Below are positions 23,904 through 37,289 of a stretch of DNA of 64,000 nucleotides, piece by piece (positions within the stretch are counted from its first letter, which is position 1; the number at the start of each line of letters is the position of its first letter). Source of the stretch: Octopus sinensis (Eukaryota); contig NC_043012.1 of assembly GCF_006345805.1 (NCBI RefSeq), forward strand, positions 37,634,001-37,698,000. The letters are read 5' to 3'. Both the position numbers and the translations under genes were made by a program. The notes below the pieces were generated by a model. The model searched no databases and was not told where the DNA came from. It saw only the letters and a program-made list of their open reading frames with translations.

Positions 23904-25004
23904 TCAAAGACCAATTCCACAGAAAAACTCCAAGCAATGATATCATGGATTCATCATCATCGTTTAACATCCACTTTTCCATCCTCACATGACTTAGAGT
24001 TTATGAAAGGTAAATTTTCTATGGCTGGATGCCCATCCTGTCACCAACCCCCACCTGTTTCCATGCAAGGTAATATTTCTCCATGGTCTGATATGTTCAA
24101 GCAGAATATTCAAAATGAATGACCCTGCTTTTAAGACAGTGACACTCATTTACAACTATCATGTGGTGCAGAAGCCAAGGAGACACACACACACACATAA
24201 ATATCTATATATTCATATATAAAAATTCATCATTTGAAAGTCTTCACCTTTTTCTTTCTCTCGTTTTGCATGTATATATATTTTGTATTTCATACCCAAT
24301 ATATTATATTTAATATATTTAATGTATCTAATTTGTTTATCCGCACATATATATATATATATATATAAAAGGTGTGTGTGTGTGTGGAAAACATATATAA
24401 AAAGTGGAAGAGAAATGCCTTCGTTTCACATAGTTAAATATCTTTTTATAAAGAAATTTTTTAAAATATATACACATTTTTTATGGATGTAGTGATATCC
24501 AAATGGTTTCCACTATTTAAATTAGCTTTTTGAGGGACATTGTGAAGTGATCAATTCTTGTGACAAAGGGGTCTTGCCTTTTTGGATGCTTGACAAAAAC
24601 AAAAAAAAAATTAATATATATTATATATATATAGGTACATACACATAAAACAAACTTTTTTTCAGTTTCCGTCAAGTAAATCCACCCACAAGGCTTTTGT
24701 CAACTTGAAGCCATAGTAGAAGACACTTGCTCAAAGTACCACATAGTGGAATTGAACCAGAAACCATGTGGTTGAAAAGCAAACTTCTTACCACACAACC
24801 ACACCTGCCATATTCATTACACAAGAGAAATAATTTTTTCCACCATTTGCAACTGTTTTCAACCACCACCACCACCACCACCACCACCATGCATGTGATT
24901 GTGTGCGTGGACCTGTGCAGGTGAAAAATACCTTCCTGTTTTCAAGTCCATAAAAAGTGAAGTAACTCTGGTAAAATCTATTATTCTATTTACCAAATAG
25001 TTAC

Positions 25005-25062
25005 CTTGAAGGTAGTGCTCCAGTTTGGGCAGGGACCAATAACCAACAAGAACAAAAGAGTT
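25005..25062 (-). CDS. Exon, 58 nt, phase 0-1: NSFVLVGYWSLPKLEHYLQ
   Basis: Acceptor ggtttgaaaatacag|, donor AAG|gtaact; phase fits both neighbours. Confidence 0.6.
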
Positions 25063-25259
25063 CTGTATTTTCAAACCAAGATTTACAGTCAAAAAGGGCA
25101 GGTCAAAACATGTACGCAAACGAGTTTGGAGGACCAAAAATTCCAAGTGAAATGCAACAGGATTTGAAAAGATAGTGATGATGTTTGCATATTTGCACTT
25201 CTTGTTTGCACTATAGACTACATTGAAATGTATGCCAGACAATAAAAAGGGTAAAAACC

Positions 25260-25545
25260 CTCTTCAGTCATAAATGGCCATGGGACTGCACCTAGAAAGT
25301 TCTCCTCCGAGTCACAGGTCCCGGCAAGGTTGTTTATGGAAGACCAGCAGTCTCCCATGCATACCAGCCTCCCCTCTCCATGCTACTGATGCTATCCAAG
25401 GGAAAAGCAAAGGCCAATACTGCTTGGCACCAGTGATGTTGAGCAACATGATATAAAGTGTCTTGTTCAAGAACACAACACACAGACCAGTCACTACCTT
25501 ATGGTTGTAAGCCCAATGCTCAAACCATTGAGCCATGCACCTTCA
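25260..25545 (-). mobile_element. SINE family B head with a LINE-like body
   Basis: Head gtgcatggctcaatggtttgagc; the body differs from the other B copies. Confidence 0.7.
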
Positions 25546-26969
25546 CAGACAATACAGCATCTATTAATCTCTGAGGTTGGTGTTTAACTGTTATTTTCTG
25601 ACAGTGAGCAGCTGAGGAAGTTAAATTTTATTCTGACTTAAGCAAAAAAACACAACATTAGATAATGTAGTTCAAGACACTACAATTACTAAAGGAAAGA
25701 TGTATTGAACGAACTTGATCACAGGTCTGCCAGATCAGGTCTGACCTGGGGCTAAGTAACCACAACAAACAGAAGGCCGACACCTGAAACACTCAACTCT
25801 CATGCTTACATTTAAACCAGTTATCCTTACCATGATAGTGGAACCAAAATACCATCAAAGAGATTTTTAAGCTTCAATGGAATCCATTTAGGTTAATTTA
25901 AAATTCTAAGATGTTCAATTAATTCATCTAATAACTGATTCGAATATTTTTGTTTGTTGGTTGGTTGGTTTCTAACTTAAACCTTTCAGATCTAAAATTG
26001 TTGGGGGCATCTTCAGTCACTCTTTTTTCCCCCGCCCCAATAAATCTATAGAAATAGCAATTTCTAAATCTCATATCTTTATACACTTAACTTCATTTTA
26101 TTTCACTGATACCAGGATTTACAGATGGAATGGTTCCACAAAATAACCATTCTAAGAGTTGCCAGAAGTCATATTCTTGAAAAGAGTTAAAATGTGTGAA
26201 TTCCTTAAACCTTTAATTCTCTATGCAAAACAACGGAAATCAAAAACATAATATGTGAACAACACAAGAAAAAAAATATGATTCCAATAACTTCAAGATG
26301 ACAAGACAATTTAAAACTGTGACCCCAGGGGGGACACTGAATCATTAAACATAACAGAAAATGTGCTTCTGTTATTTTTGGAACAGGGGAATGAAAAGAT
26401 CTGAGGGTTTCAGCAATGTTTCAGGGTTTAAACACGTTTTGTTAAGTCAGTTTCTGATACAAGTTTTGTTAATTAAGAAAATTGTACACTCACTCATGCA
26501 ACTGAAGGTTTTGTGTGTTAATTAATACTCTTACAAAAATTTAATTAAAAAAATAACAATAAAATTAATGAAAGCTAAACAAGCAGCTTGTTTAAACAGC
26601 ATCTGTCTCCTGATACTAGCTTCATATTAACACATTAAACAGAACCCCAGAGGCCCAATGTGTACATTGGACATACACGTCAATGAGGGAGCTTCTAAAG
26701 GGTTGACCAACTACTAGAAATAGTATATCCTATCATTTTAAATGAGAACAGATCAAGCATAAGAATATCTAATCAAGATTGACCTGAAACGAAGCTAAAC
26801 AACAACCACCACCTAGGACTGAGGCAAGCTGACAGAGAAGCATCTATGTGCTAGCTTGGGTTAGGTTGCCAATGTTCAGTCCACTGCAAGACAAAGGTCT
26901 CAGCATGTTCTTTCCACCAATGTTGGCTGTGAATTTGAGTTCAAGATCATACCAGTTTCATGAGCTTAC

Positions 26970-27021
26970 TGTACCACACTGGCTCAACTTGGCAGAGGGG
27001 TGCAGTTTTTTTATCTCATAC
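26970..27021 (-). CDS. Exon, 52 nt, phase 2-0: (W)YEIKKLHPSAKLSQCGT
   Basis: Acceptor ctttactcttag|, donor ACA|gtaagc; only one frame is open. Confidence 0.6.
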
Positions 27022-27933
27022 CTAAGAGTAAAGTCAATTATATTGACTCCAATGCTAAACTGATCCATAGTTTATTGAACTCAAAAGGCTAAGTCAACCT
27101 CAGTGGAATGTGAACTCAGAACGTAAAGGAAAACAAAATATTGTTAACAATACCACCAGCTGGTAGAAATAACAGCTAATACATTTTAAATCACACCCTA
27201 ACATTCTGAAAAGTTAGGACATACTACAGAATGTGGCAGATATGTATTTTCTGAAATTAAAAAAGAAAAAAACATAATAGTTTGACCACAGGGTTTTCTT
27301 GATTAACCCTTTTGTTACTGTATTACCATGTGGTTGGTAAGCAAGCTACTTACCATATAGCAACTCCTACGCCTTAGTAGATAATCTATTTACAACCTGT
27401 TCCTGAAGACCAGGTGAAATATAATGTGAGTATTTTCTGGGCCTTGAAAGTTGTTTAATGATCAATGCAGAGACCCAGTTTCATGGCAAATAGCGGAGAA
27501 GAGAAAAGACGTGTCTCACCACCTGGATGTGATGCCAGTCAGGTAACGTTTTCAAATAATCGATAAAACCATGTTTGTTCCCAACAGCTAGGTGTATAGA
27601 AACTCATAGATTAAATATAATCTGTCCAACTACACAAGGCAATGCATGAGAGTGGGAGCCGAGCTGGTAACCAAATACAAAATTCATTCTCTCACAAATT
27701 CAGATCAGATATTCAAAGGTTGAATATTGGAGATGAGACGACTGAGGCTCAAGTTCAAGCCTGTTAGAAATACGTATGTTATCTAAACCCTAACAGTGCC
27801 AACATTAAAAGGAAAAACAACATTAAAAGAACAAGGAACATGGTGTACACACACACATGAATACGCATACAATCACCAACACACATACTTAGAAGCAATC
27901 ACCAACACATACATCACATACAAATACAAATAC

Positions 27934-28004
27934 CAAAGACTAGCAATGCAGCTTCCAGTAGCCAACATAACAAAATTGCCAACAGAAACAATTCTATTTG
28001 GCTT
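27934..28004 (-). CDS. Exon, 71 nt, phase 0-2: KPNRIVSVGNFVMLATGSCIASL(W)
   Basis: Acceptor cttttacatcttgctag|, donor TTG|gtattt. Confidence 0.55.
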
Positions 28005-29708
28005 CTAGCAAGATGTAAAAGTGCCAAATGTAAAATTTTGTATTTCAGCTTGCTACTTCTGTGTGTCACGCACACACACACACACACACCACACACACAC
28101 ACACACAGAGGCTAACATACAAACTACATAATCCCATCCATTAACACATAAACACATTTTAAGTACCGTTCTTGATACTCTGATTATAGAGGTGGTGATG
28201 GTCATGATAAGGTACTGATGGTATAAGAGAGTATTGTCTTTAAGGTAATGGTGATGTTGGTGGTGGCATTGTAGAGGGAGGTGGTTCTGGTAGTCATCAT
28301 CATGGTAATGATAACAACAGCAGTGGGGAGAGGTGCAATAAAAACTGAAGGGGAGATTTTAGTAGTTGTCATGGTGGACATTGTAGTTGCAATTTGAGGA
28401 GGATTTAGTTGCTATTTCTAGTCAGCTGACCAGCCAGGCAGAGGTTTATTTATTCATAGAGTCAAAATTGTCAAATAGTTGTATGGTTTAATAAACAAAG
28501 AACTTGTCGTTACAAGAAAACTGATATACAGTGTGTGTGTGTGTAGAGAGAGAGAGAGAGGAGTCATATACACACACACACATACATACATACATACACA
28601 TGTATACACACACACATAAAATCAATGTTTCATGCCTGCTCTCCATGCTGGCATGGATAGAGAGTTTGACAGGATCTGATGGATGAGAGGACAGCATCTT
28701 ATTACAGTCTCTTGGTCCTGGCATGGGTTATACAGCTGGATGCCCTGCCTAATACTAACCACAGGGTTTACTAGGTTATCCTTTTACGACATCAACACAA
28801 GTGAGGGCGGTCACCTTGCAACTTGCAAGAATAGGGGCTGTGGGTGGCGTGAAGGATGGATAAAGATACAGATGATGGTGGTCGGAAGTATTTAGGTGTG
28901 GGTGTAGAGAGTGGCAAAACAAGGGTTGGGGGAATCAGAATCCACTTGTTTCATGTTCAAACAGACCAGATCTGACCTCTCACACGTACCCTACAATGTC
29001 ATTCCAAAAATAAACAATCACGTCATTGAAATCTCAAAACTACAAGATAATGCATGATTAATTGAAAATAATGTGATTAAATAAGCATTACATTCCACAG
29101 AGTAATTTGAATGCTAAAGGGTTAAATCAGGAATGGGGGGGGGGCTTTCCCATTTCAGCTATCCCCGCTGGATCTTGATGTGTGTGTGTGTGTGTGTGTG
29201 GTGTTTGTTTATATTGAGAGATAGAGAGAAAAAGAAAGAGCGGCCTGTGGATAGAAGGAAAAGGAGGTGAGAGAAGGAAATGGAAGAACCATGTAAACAA
29301 GATATTTGTGTGTGTGTGTGTGTCTGTCTGTCTGATGAGAGAGTGTGTGGAAGAAGAGTAGAAAGAGGTTTGAAGTGATTGGCCAAGATTAGTCATAAGT
29401 ACAAGGTGTGGTCTGCATTCTCTAACAAACTATAAGGATATTATGAGATAGACAGTTTACACAAAACTTCAATATCATTCCCTCCCACCACAACCACTCA
29501 CTGATAAGTAATTGTTTACTGACTAATAAGAATGATATTACTCAACCACCACCACCACCACTATGTCCCCCCCTTCCAAAACTACAAAACAGTATTGTGA
29601 AGATATTTCTTTTTTATTTCTCCATTGTTTCAGTCACTGGACTGCAGCCCTTGAGAGTTATAGTCGAACAAATTGACCCTAGGACTTATATATAAAGTTT
29701 AGTACTTA

Positions 29709-29973
29709 CAAAAAAAAAAGGTTTCCTTCTTGAGTCATATTGAGTCATAAAGCCCCCCCCCAACCCCCCGGTTTCCACAGCATATAAATTCCTCACCGGG
29801 GATGGGACACCAGTCTGTCGCAGGGTTTCTCATTTTTGCTAGCTGAGTCAACTGGAGCAACGTGAAATGAAGTGCTTTGCTCAAGAACACAACCTGTCCC
29901 CCAGTCCAGGGATTGAAACCACATTCTTATGATCAGGAGTCCAACATCGTAACCACTAAACCACATGCTTCCA
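29709..29973 (-). mobile_element. SINE family B nested in a SINE A (29620-30130), 11-bp TSD
   Basis: TTTAGTACTTA at 29698-29708 and 29974-29984. Confidence 0.85.
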
Positions 29974-30204
29974 TTTAGTACTTATTCTCTTTGGCCCAGC
30001 TGCTAAGTTATGGGAATGTAAACAATGCATCAGCAGTTGTTGTCAAGCAATGGTGTGGTGACAAACACAAACAGCAAACACACACACATATACATATATA
30101 TATATGATGGGCTTCAACACAGTTTCGTTCACCAAATGAACTCCATTGAATGCAGTTGATGTTCAACTAGAATGTTAGCCAGCATGTAATATTATAGGCC
30201 TGAA

Positions 30205-30435
30205 GGCGGCGAGCTGGCAGAAACGTTAGCACGCCAGGTGAAATGCATAGCGGTGTTTCGTCTGCTGTTACGTTCTGAGTTCAAATTCCGCTGAGGTCGA
30301 CTTTGCCTTTCATTCTTTCGAGGTCGATTAAATAAGTACCAGTTAAACACTGGGGTCGATGTAATCGACTTAATCCCTTTGTCTGTCCTTGTTTGTCCCC
30401 TCTGTGTTTAGCCCCTTGTGGGCAATAAATAAATA
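30205..30435 (+). mobile_element. SINE family C, full length
   Basis: ggcggcgagctggcag head, gagttcaaattcc B-box, gcctttcattctttcgaggtcgat central domain. Confidence 0.9.
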
Positions 30436-31744
30436 TTATAGGCCTGCATGTTGGTGCCTGCAAATCTGTAGGTCATAGATCTGAAGGTCTGTAGGTGAGG
30501 TGAGTGTATATAGAAATGGGTAATGACAAACAGGGAAGGAATTGCAGAGGTACTGCGGTGGACAAAATATTTGGGTATAACATCCGGGGAAGGGTGGATT
30601 CTGGGAGATAAAACACAGTAATGATTATAGGATTATAAATGGGGAGGAAAAGACATGTGGAATGAGTAAGGCCTTGGTGTAGAGGATGTGCAGCTAGAAT
30701 TAAGTGTTTGAGCAAACAACATGATTAGATCATTCAAAGAAAAGCTTGGCAGTAATTCTTTCAGTTCTTTACAGTCGTCGTCATTCATTTAATGCCCATG
30801 CTTCATGCTTGGATGTGTTGAATGCTTTGACACAATCCTGTAGGCTGCAGGACCACACTGAGCTCCAGTGTCAATTTTCGTGTGGTTTTGTACAGCTGGA
30901 TGCCCTTCATAAAGGCAACCACTTGTAAGACAAGAAAAGGACAGGGAGAAGGCAAAAGAGGGGTGAAAAAGGAAAATAGCCTCGTTGACTAAATGTGGGG
31001 TGGGGGCAGTATTTGAGAGGGAGAGGACAGCCAAGGGTTCTATGCCAGCTGTTGAGAGCCTGAAATGTGATAAGAGGGGCAAGCCCAGATATCTTGCTAT
31101 AGAGGATATACAAGGCTAAAGGCATTATATAGGGGTGTGTTAAATCCTGACAAGATTAAACTTATTATTCACCCCTCAGCAGTTGGTAACAAAGTACTAG
31201 TCATGTACTGGGGTGTAGCATATAATCAAATGAGCACCTCTCCACAACTTTCAAACCTTGTATCGATGTCAGAAACAAATTATCATTATCTCAGATGCAA
31301 CCCCCACCTCAACTTGCTATCAGAAAAAGTAAAGAAATAATATCAGACCACAACAGTGTCTGATAATGGAATTATGGGATCAATGCAGAAATCCACTAAT
31401 TGAGCTAGAGGGGCGGCTGTTTATTTTGTCTTAGATAGCCAGCTGTCACACTCTGATACCAACCGACATTGTCCACTTCTTATAAACTACCTACACAGTC
31501 TCAGTCTTAGACAAAACCTTAACACAATTTTCTTTCTCAGATTTCAAACACACACACTTGATAAGGATTTCATTTTATCTGTTTATATAATTGTGTGAGT
31601 GTGTGTGTGTGCACATGCATACGTGCACACGTGTGTGTGTGCATGTATGTAGTGTTTATGTAGCGAGGGTCTGTATATGTGCATATGCCTCCCCTCTGTT
31701 CATGCCACAATGTAAACAAGAAAACAAATGGGGTCTGTGCATTA

Positions 31745-31961
31745 TTCTTTTATTCTATTCCTTGTTTCGATCAGACTGTGGCCATGCTGGGGCACTGCCT
31801 TGAAGAATTTTAGTTGAATGAATCAACCTCGGTACTTATTATTTTTTAAGCCTGATACTTATTCTATCAGTCTCTTTTGCTAAACTGCTAAGTTACGGGG
31901 ACATAAACACACCAGCACTGGTGGCCAAGCAGTAGTGTGGGAGGGAAACCAACACAGACAC

Positions 31962-32018
<57 letters not shown>

Positions 32019-32190
32019 TATATATAACAGGCTTCATTCAGTTTCTGTCTACCAAATCCACTCACAAGACTTTGGTCGGCCTGAGACTATAGTAAAAGAC
32101 CCTTACCCAAGGTGCCACGCAGTGGGACTGAACCTGGGACCATGTGGTTGGGAAGCAAGCTTCTTACTACACAGCCACTCCTGTGCCTAT
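31745..32190 (-). mobile_element. SINE family A
   Basis: Full head-body-tail on the minus strand with internal (TA)n. Confidence 0.85.
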
Positions 32191-32979
32191 GTGTATTCAT
32201 TTCCACAAAAGAAATTTGCTTCCCATTTTCTCTCCCTGGTGGTGGGCCAGTTTGGAAGAGCCATTATTGTTGTTTCCGTTGTAGAAATCCAGTTCCCAGT
32301 TGTGAGAAAGAGTGGCAACCATAACAATATGTAAGAATACAAACACAGTTAGTCATCACTTCCACTTTACAAACAATGGAAGAGGTTCGAAATACCATCG
32401 AGAATGATCTCAGAGAATCAATGGCAGTATTGTAACCACTTCACTGTAAGACGCCAGTTGAATGAGGCCTAGATTATCCCTTTTGAAAATCATTGCCATT
32501 CCTCCTTCACCAGATCCGGTTGGAACTTTTCTTAGTTGCTTCACCTAATTGCCTTAAGAGCTGTCTGTCTATGAGGGTGGTGGTGGTGGTGTTGTTGTTG
32601 ACTAATTCTGCTTCAATAGATCTAATATCCTAGACACCAGTGCTTTTCAACCATTTTTTGGGCCATTGGCGAACCCTGCTGCATTCTTTCACCACAACTT
32701 TCTCTCACTTCCTCTTCCTGTTTCTGTTCTACCTGTATTTCAAAGGGGCCAACCTTGTCACACTCTGTGTCATGCTGAATCTCCCCGAGTACTATGTTAA
32801 GGGTACACGTGTCTGTAGAGTGCTCAGCCACTTGCATGTCAATTTCACAAGCTGGCTGTTCCATTGATCGGATCAACTGGAACCCTCGTTGTCATAACCG
32901 ACAGAGTTCCATGATGTGTATGTGTGTACATTGATGTATCCCACAAGCCAATCAATGTTTAAAAAATCATATAGTTGGC

Positions 32980-33975
32980 ACGCGGATATAGTCGGAGCGA
33001 TGCAAGAAGTTAGAACCAGCCTAGGGTCGCAAAATTTCAGGCCATTTTGCAAGAGCAGTGTAAAAGAGATGAAAGAGGCAGTGTTACACGAAGTGAGAAA
33101 GGAGGAGGAAGAAAGACGAAATGTACATTTGGTGCAATGCAGTCAACAGGGACAGTGCCTGAGATGGGAGGAATATGTGATCAGCCGCAGAATATCATGG
33201 AAGGAACTTTGGGCTTGGGAACAAGCAAGAACATCCTTCCTGATCAAGTCTACCTTCAACGTTCTACCCTCACCAGTGAACTTAGTCCGGTGGAACATAA
33301 AAACAACCCATGAGTGTAGATGCGGAGAGAAAGCGATGGTTAGACATGGTCTGTCAAATTGCAGACTAGCACTTGAAAGATATACATGGAGGCATAATCA
33401 AGTCCTCGGCGTCATAAGTGCAGCACTCAAGGAGAAAATCGAGAGGTACGATAGGGGAGAGTACCCAAAAGTAGAAAAGCGCAGGAAAGTATACTTCCAC
33501 AAGGAGGGAAAAGGATATAAAACCAGGCCTACAAGTAAAGTATACGAGATAGATGAAAGATGGAAGGGATACTGGGAGGTGGCCATGGACTTGGAAAGAC
33601 AGTATTTCCACTAATAAAAACAACAAAAAGATCGGATTTAGTCCTATGGAACAGAGACCGGAGAATGGGAATTTTACTAGAACTGACAGTACCTTGGGAA
33701 GAGAACATCGGCTACGGAGAGGAACGAAAGGAGAAGAGGTATGAAAAGCTAATCGAAGAATGCAGAGAACAGGGATGGAATGTCGAATATTATCACCTGG
33801 CAATGGGAGCTAGAGGCTTCATTGAAAGGAAAATGACAACACTTTTCAAAAGAAGATTTGTTTTTCCTAGCTCGGAGCTGTGAAAACTAATAAGGAGAGT
33901 ACAGGAGGCAGTCGAAAAAGCCAGCTTCTATATATGGCTGAAGCGGGAAGACCGAAAATGGCTTGAAAGTCATAA
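32980..33975 (+). mobile_element. HERO-like non-LTR retrotransposon, 3' part (CCHC knuckle and restriction-like endonuclease), 5'-truncated
   Basis: HADIVG, QQGQCLRWE, RRISWKELW, FLIKSTFNVLPSPVNL, CRCG..HGLSNC, YTWRHNQVL; after a frameshift RSDLVLW...LLELTVPWEE, GARGF, EKASFYIWLKR. Confidence 0.85.
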
Positions 33976-35170
33976 CATGCTGGTGGGAAATAACATTATT
34001 AGGTGAGACAAGCTGACACTGAATCAGCTTCGCTGACTGACAGGTGATGGTCATTTAGAAAATGCGCGGGCTAAAACTACGCACCTTCACTAGTCAGTTA
34101 AGGTGAGACAGTGTCATGTGACAACTTGCTGGGGCTGCCGGCTGGAGCCTAGCTGCAGGTATTTAAAGGGAAAAATTTGACAAGTCAGTCAGTCACCGGC
34201 TGACACTCGCTGACGATACATCGAAGAGGCCACTTAACAGAAGAAAGAAGACATGCACCCAACACCAGAGCTGAAGACACCTCCGAAAGGGGGGGCCCGC
34301 CACGTCAAAATGGTAGAGGAGTAAGTGCCGAAACCGGACGTGGTTCCTCCTGATGATGTCTTGAGCTAACTGGATCCTGTAAAGGAGCCGTTGTGGTAGC
34401 AGACCACGAAACACGGTTGTAATTCCTCCTTATAATTAAATATTATCAAGAATTGTATTTTTTAAAAATTGCTAAAATATTTGGTGCATTGTAAAAGAAT
34501 AAGCAGGTAAATTTTAACAACAAAATCCTATATGGAATGGCCATATGGAACCCATTGCTCTATACAGTCATACAACCTGCTAAAAATAGCTACCAAACCT
34601 TTCTCAAATTACAGTTTTCCCCTCCTTAAAAAGGTAAGAGATGTGTAACCAGGATAGTGTACCCCTAGATACATACGTAACCATGGGTGTGTGGTAAGGA
34701 GTTTGCTTGCCAACCACATGGTTTGGCTCTAGGTTCAATCCCACTGCATGGCACCTTGGGCAAGTGTCTCCTAACCAAAAAACTTGTAAATGTATTTGAG
34801 TGACAGAAACTGAAAGAAGCCTGCCGCGCAAGCTTGTGTGTGTGTGTGTGCATGCTTATGTCATTTTGTCATGACATCATGTGATAGTTATAAAATGATT
34901 GTCACCGTCATAGAAGCAGTGTCATTCATCTCCGATCACAGGTCTGCGCCATTAGTATTGACCTGGGGCTAAATAACAACTTAAAACTCATTTCCTCAGA
35001 TCTGCATGCTCTTGAGTGTGAGCATTGAAGCATGCACATTGTTGTAGTTTCTATAAACGCATATGTGAGAGCGGGGGAGGGTGGGAAAGGACAGGGGCAA
35101 GAGTGTGAGAGAGATTTATAATGGATTGATATAGAGAGGCAGGGATGATGAGAGAGAGAGAGAGAGAGAG

Positions 35171-35212
<42 letters not shown>

Positions 35213-35872
35213 TGAGTGTCAGAGAAACACTGAGTACTGAGTTGTGTTTTTGTATGTGGGAGAGAGAACATGTGTGAGAGAATGTGTGCATTTGCGTGTG
35301 TGTGTTTGTAACGGTATATATACATATCTCTGTATATGTGAGTAAATGAGAGTGCGTATATAAGAGAGACAGTATGCGTGCGACATATAGTGTGAGAAAG
35401 TGTGAGTCAGAAAGTTTATGAGAGAGAGTGTACGAGCGTGTAAATGAGTGTAGGTGGTGTGTGTGTGTGTGTAAGTAATTGTACATACGCATGTTTTGTG
35501 TTCAACATACAAACATACGTTGTTTGCATGTGTGCGTGTGTGTGGTATATTTCCAGTGCATTCACACAGGCTAAACGTGCATGAGTGGCGCCCATACACA
35601 CACGCTAATAAAGAAAAGTGAGTATGGGTACAACCATTAATCGATCCCACAAATAAAGTGTGTGCGTGTATATATATACACACACACGTTTATATATATG
35701 TGTATGTAAGTAAATAGGTGTGTGTGTCTATCTGCGTATGCGTGTAAAACTGAGCAACGACCAACCACCACCTCCAGAACTGGTAACGATCAAAGTACAA
35801 AGAGACACTTGTGTCCAATGCACCTCTCTTCCTTTACAGCCATTCACCAGAATAGGGATGGCAGTCACATGC

Positions 35873-35924
<52 letters not shown>

Positions 35925-36353
35925 ATGAACTCAACGTAGCCCTTGTTAAGCAACTGGCCAGTTTCTATTCAGTTTGATCAAAGACGTTCCAACCTTGACA
36001 CCTCTCTTTAATTTTGTTTTTGGTGGTGGGTGGAGAGAGATCGGTTTCAGTCATTTTATACAAAAATACAGACAGTTGAGGGAGATTTAGCTGCTATTTC
36101 TAGCATCCACATAAAAGGCTTCTCTATCAGCTCAGTAGTCTAACACAGGGTTGACGCAAGTGTGGTGTGACCTCTGACCCAATCACAACCGCCACCTTGA
36201 TACTACTAAATTTTAAACTCCCGGCATTATTTCTCTCCTTCTCTCTCTCTACTAAATATACGTTAAAATTTTTCGTTTATTTATATATTTTGTAGATAAC
36301 ATTCACAAATACCCTCTCCAAACATCCAGTCATTTATGTGTGTGAATGTGTGA

Positions 36354-36389
<36 letters not shown>

Positions 36390-36513
36390 CATTCACACCA
36401 AGCGACAGAGTCGGGCATTTTACGAAAATGAGAGTCACAGAAAGAGGCGATGAAGAGTGTTTTCCAGTGTTTAAGTGTGATAACTTGGCATGAAATTACT
36501 ATAGTTAGCTTAC

Positions 36514-36565
36514 ATTGATGTGAGAGGGTGCTGCTGGTGTCCAGAAAAGGAAGAAGTGCAAGGTT
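36514..36565 (-). CDS. Exon, 52 nt, phase 2-0 reading TLHFFLFWTPAAPSHIN
   Basis: Acceptor ctctcattcatttacag|, donor AAT|gtaagc. All three frames are open; the frame was chosen to fit the downstream exon. Confidence 0.55.
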
Positions 36566-37125
36566 CTGTAAATGAATGAGAGTGGGGGGGGAGGGGAGTG
36601 TGTATGTGGAAGAGCTTTGAGTGTTGGGTGAATTTAATATATGTCAATGTGTACATGTTGCAGGGTGTAGAACCGTATTTATGAATGCGCATCATGTGTG
36701 TGTGTGGGGGGGGGGGAGGTTGAGCGGGTGTTTATTTGTGTCGATGATGGATGTGTGTGGTTGGACGTGTCAAAATGGCAACATATATCAGTGTGTGTGT
36801 GTGTAGATCTGTAAATATCAGAGGGAAGTAAATGTTTGTGTGTTTGTTTGGTCTGTGGACGCGTGTGAGCATATAAATGTCTGTGTCGGGAGAAGAGAGT
36901 ACTAGCGAGTGTGTTTATGTGTGAACATACGCTTTCGTGTATGTGTGTATGTGTACTTGTTACCATCATACATATAAATGTACACACACATACACCTACA
37001 CAGATGTACACGTGCATAAAATACTGCTCTCAACACAAGAATGGTAAGAGATTCAAAGGAGTTGAACAGCAGAAGAAACCCCACTCAGGCAAGGGTTTTG
37101 GCCCTTAACTTCTTACACTCTAAAG

Positions 37126-37289
37126 CAGGGCTCCGCAACCTTATTTCACTTGCGGTACACTTATATTCTTTTCAAAGTTCGGCGGCACACCTGAACAAAA
37201 AATAGAGCTAAAACTATAGGGGGGGAAATTATATTTAGATTACACTACAGCACACCAGTGAGCGACGGTATACCGGTCACGGAGCACTG
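37126..37289. mobile_element. hAT-type MITE, 164 bp
   Basis: TIRs CAGGGCTCCGCAACC / GGTCACGGAGCACTG; 8-bp TSD CTCTAAAG / CTCTGAAG. Confidence 0.85.

Noticed and set aside
24859-25242. 127-aa ORF as a single CDS
   Set aside because: Its first half recurs as a dispersed repeat at ~42925 and ~62160; only 25005-25062 is kept as an exon.
27384-27600. Plus-strand mini exon chain (QPVPEDQVKYN / RPSFMANSGEEKRRVSPPGCDASQ)
   Set aside because: It needs two ~45-nt introns and ends in an immediate stop; likely chance.
31137-32560. Unique-looking ORF pieces LNPDKIKLII and GGMAMIFKRD
   Set aside because: They resemble LINE RT and APE motifs and lack usable splice-site pairs; treated as old LINE debris.
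34926-35683. His/Thr/Tyr/Ile/Cys/Val-rich ORFs here and throughout
   Set aside because: Translations of (CA)n, (TA)n and (TG)n microsatellites.
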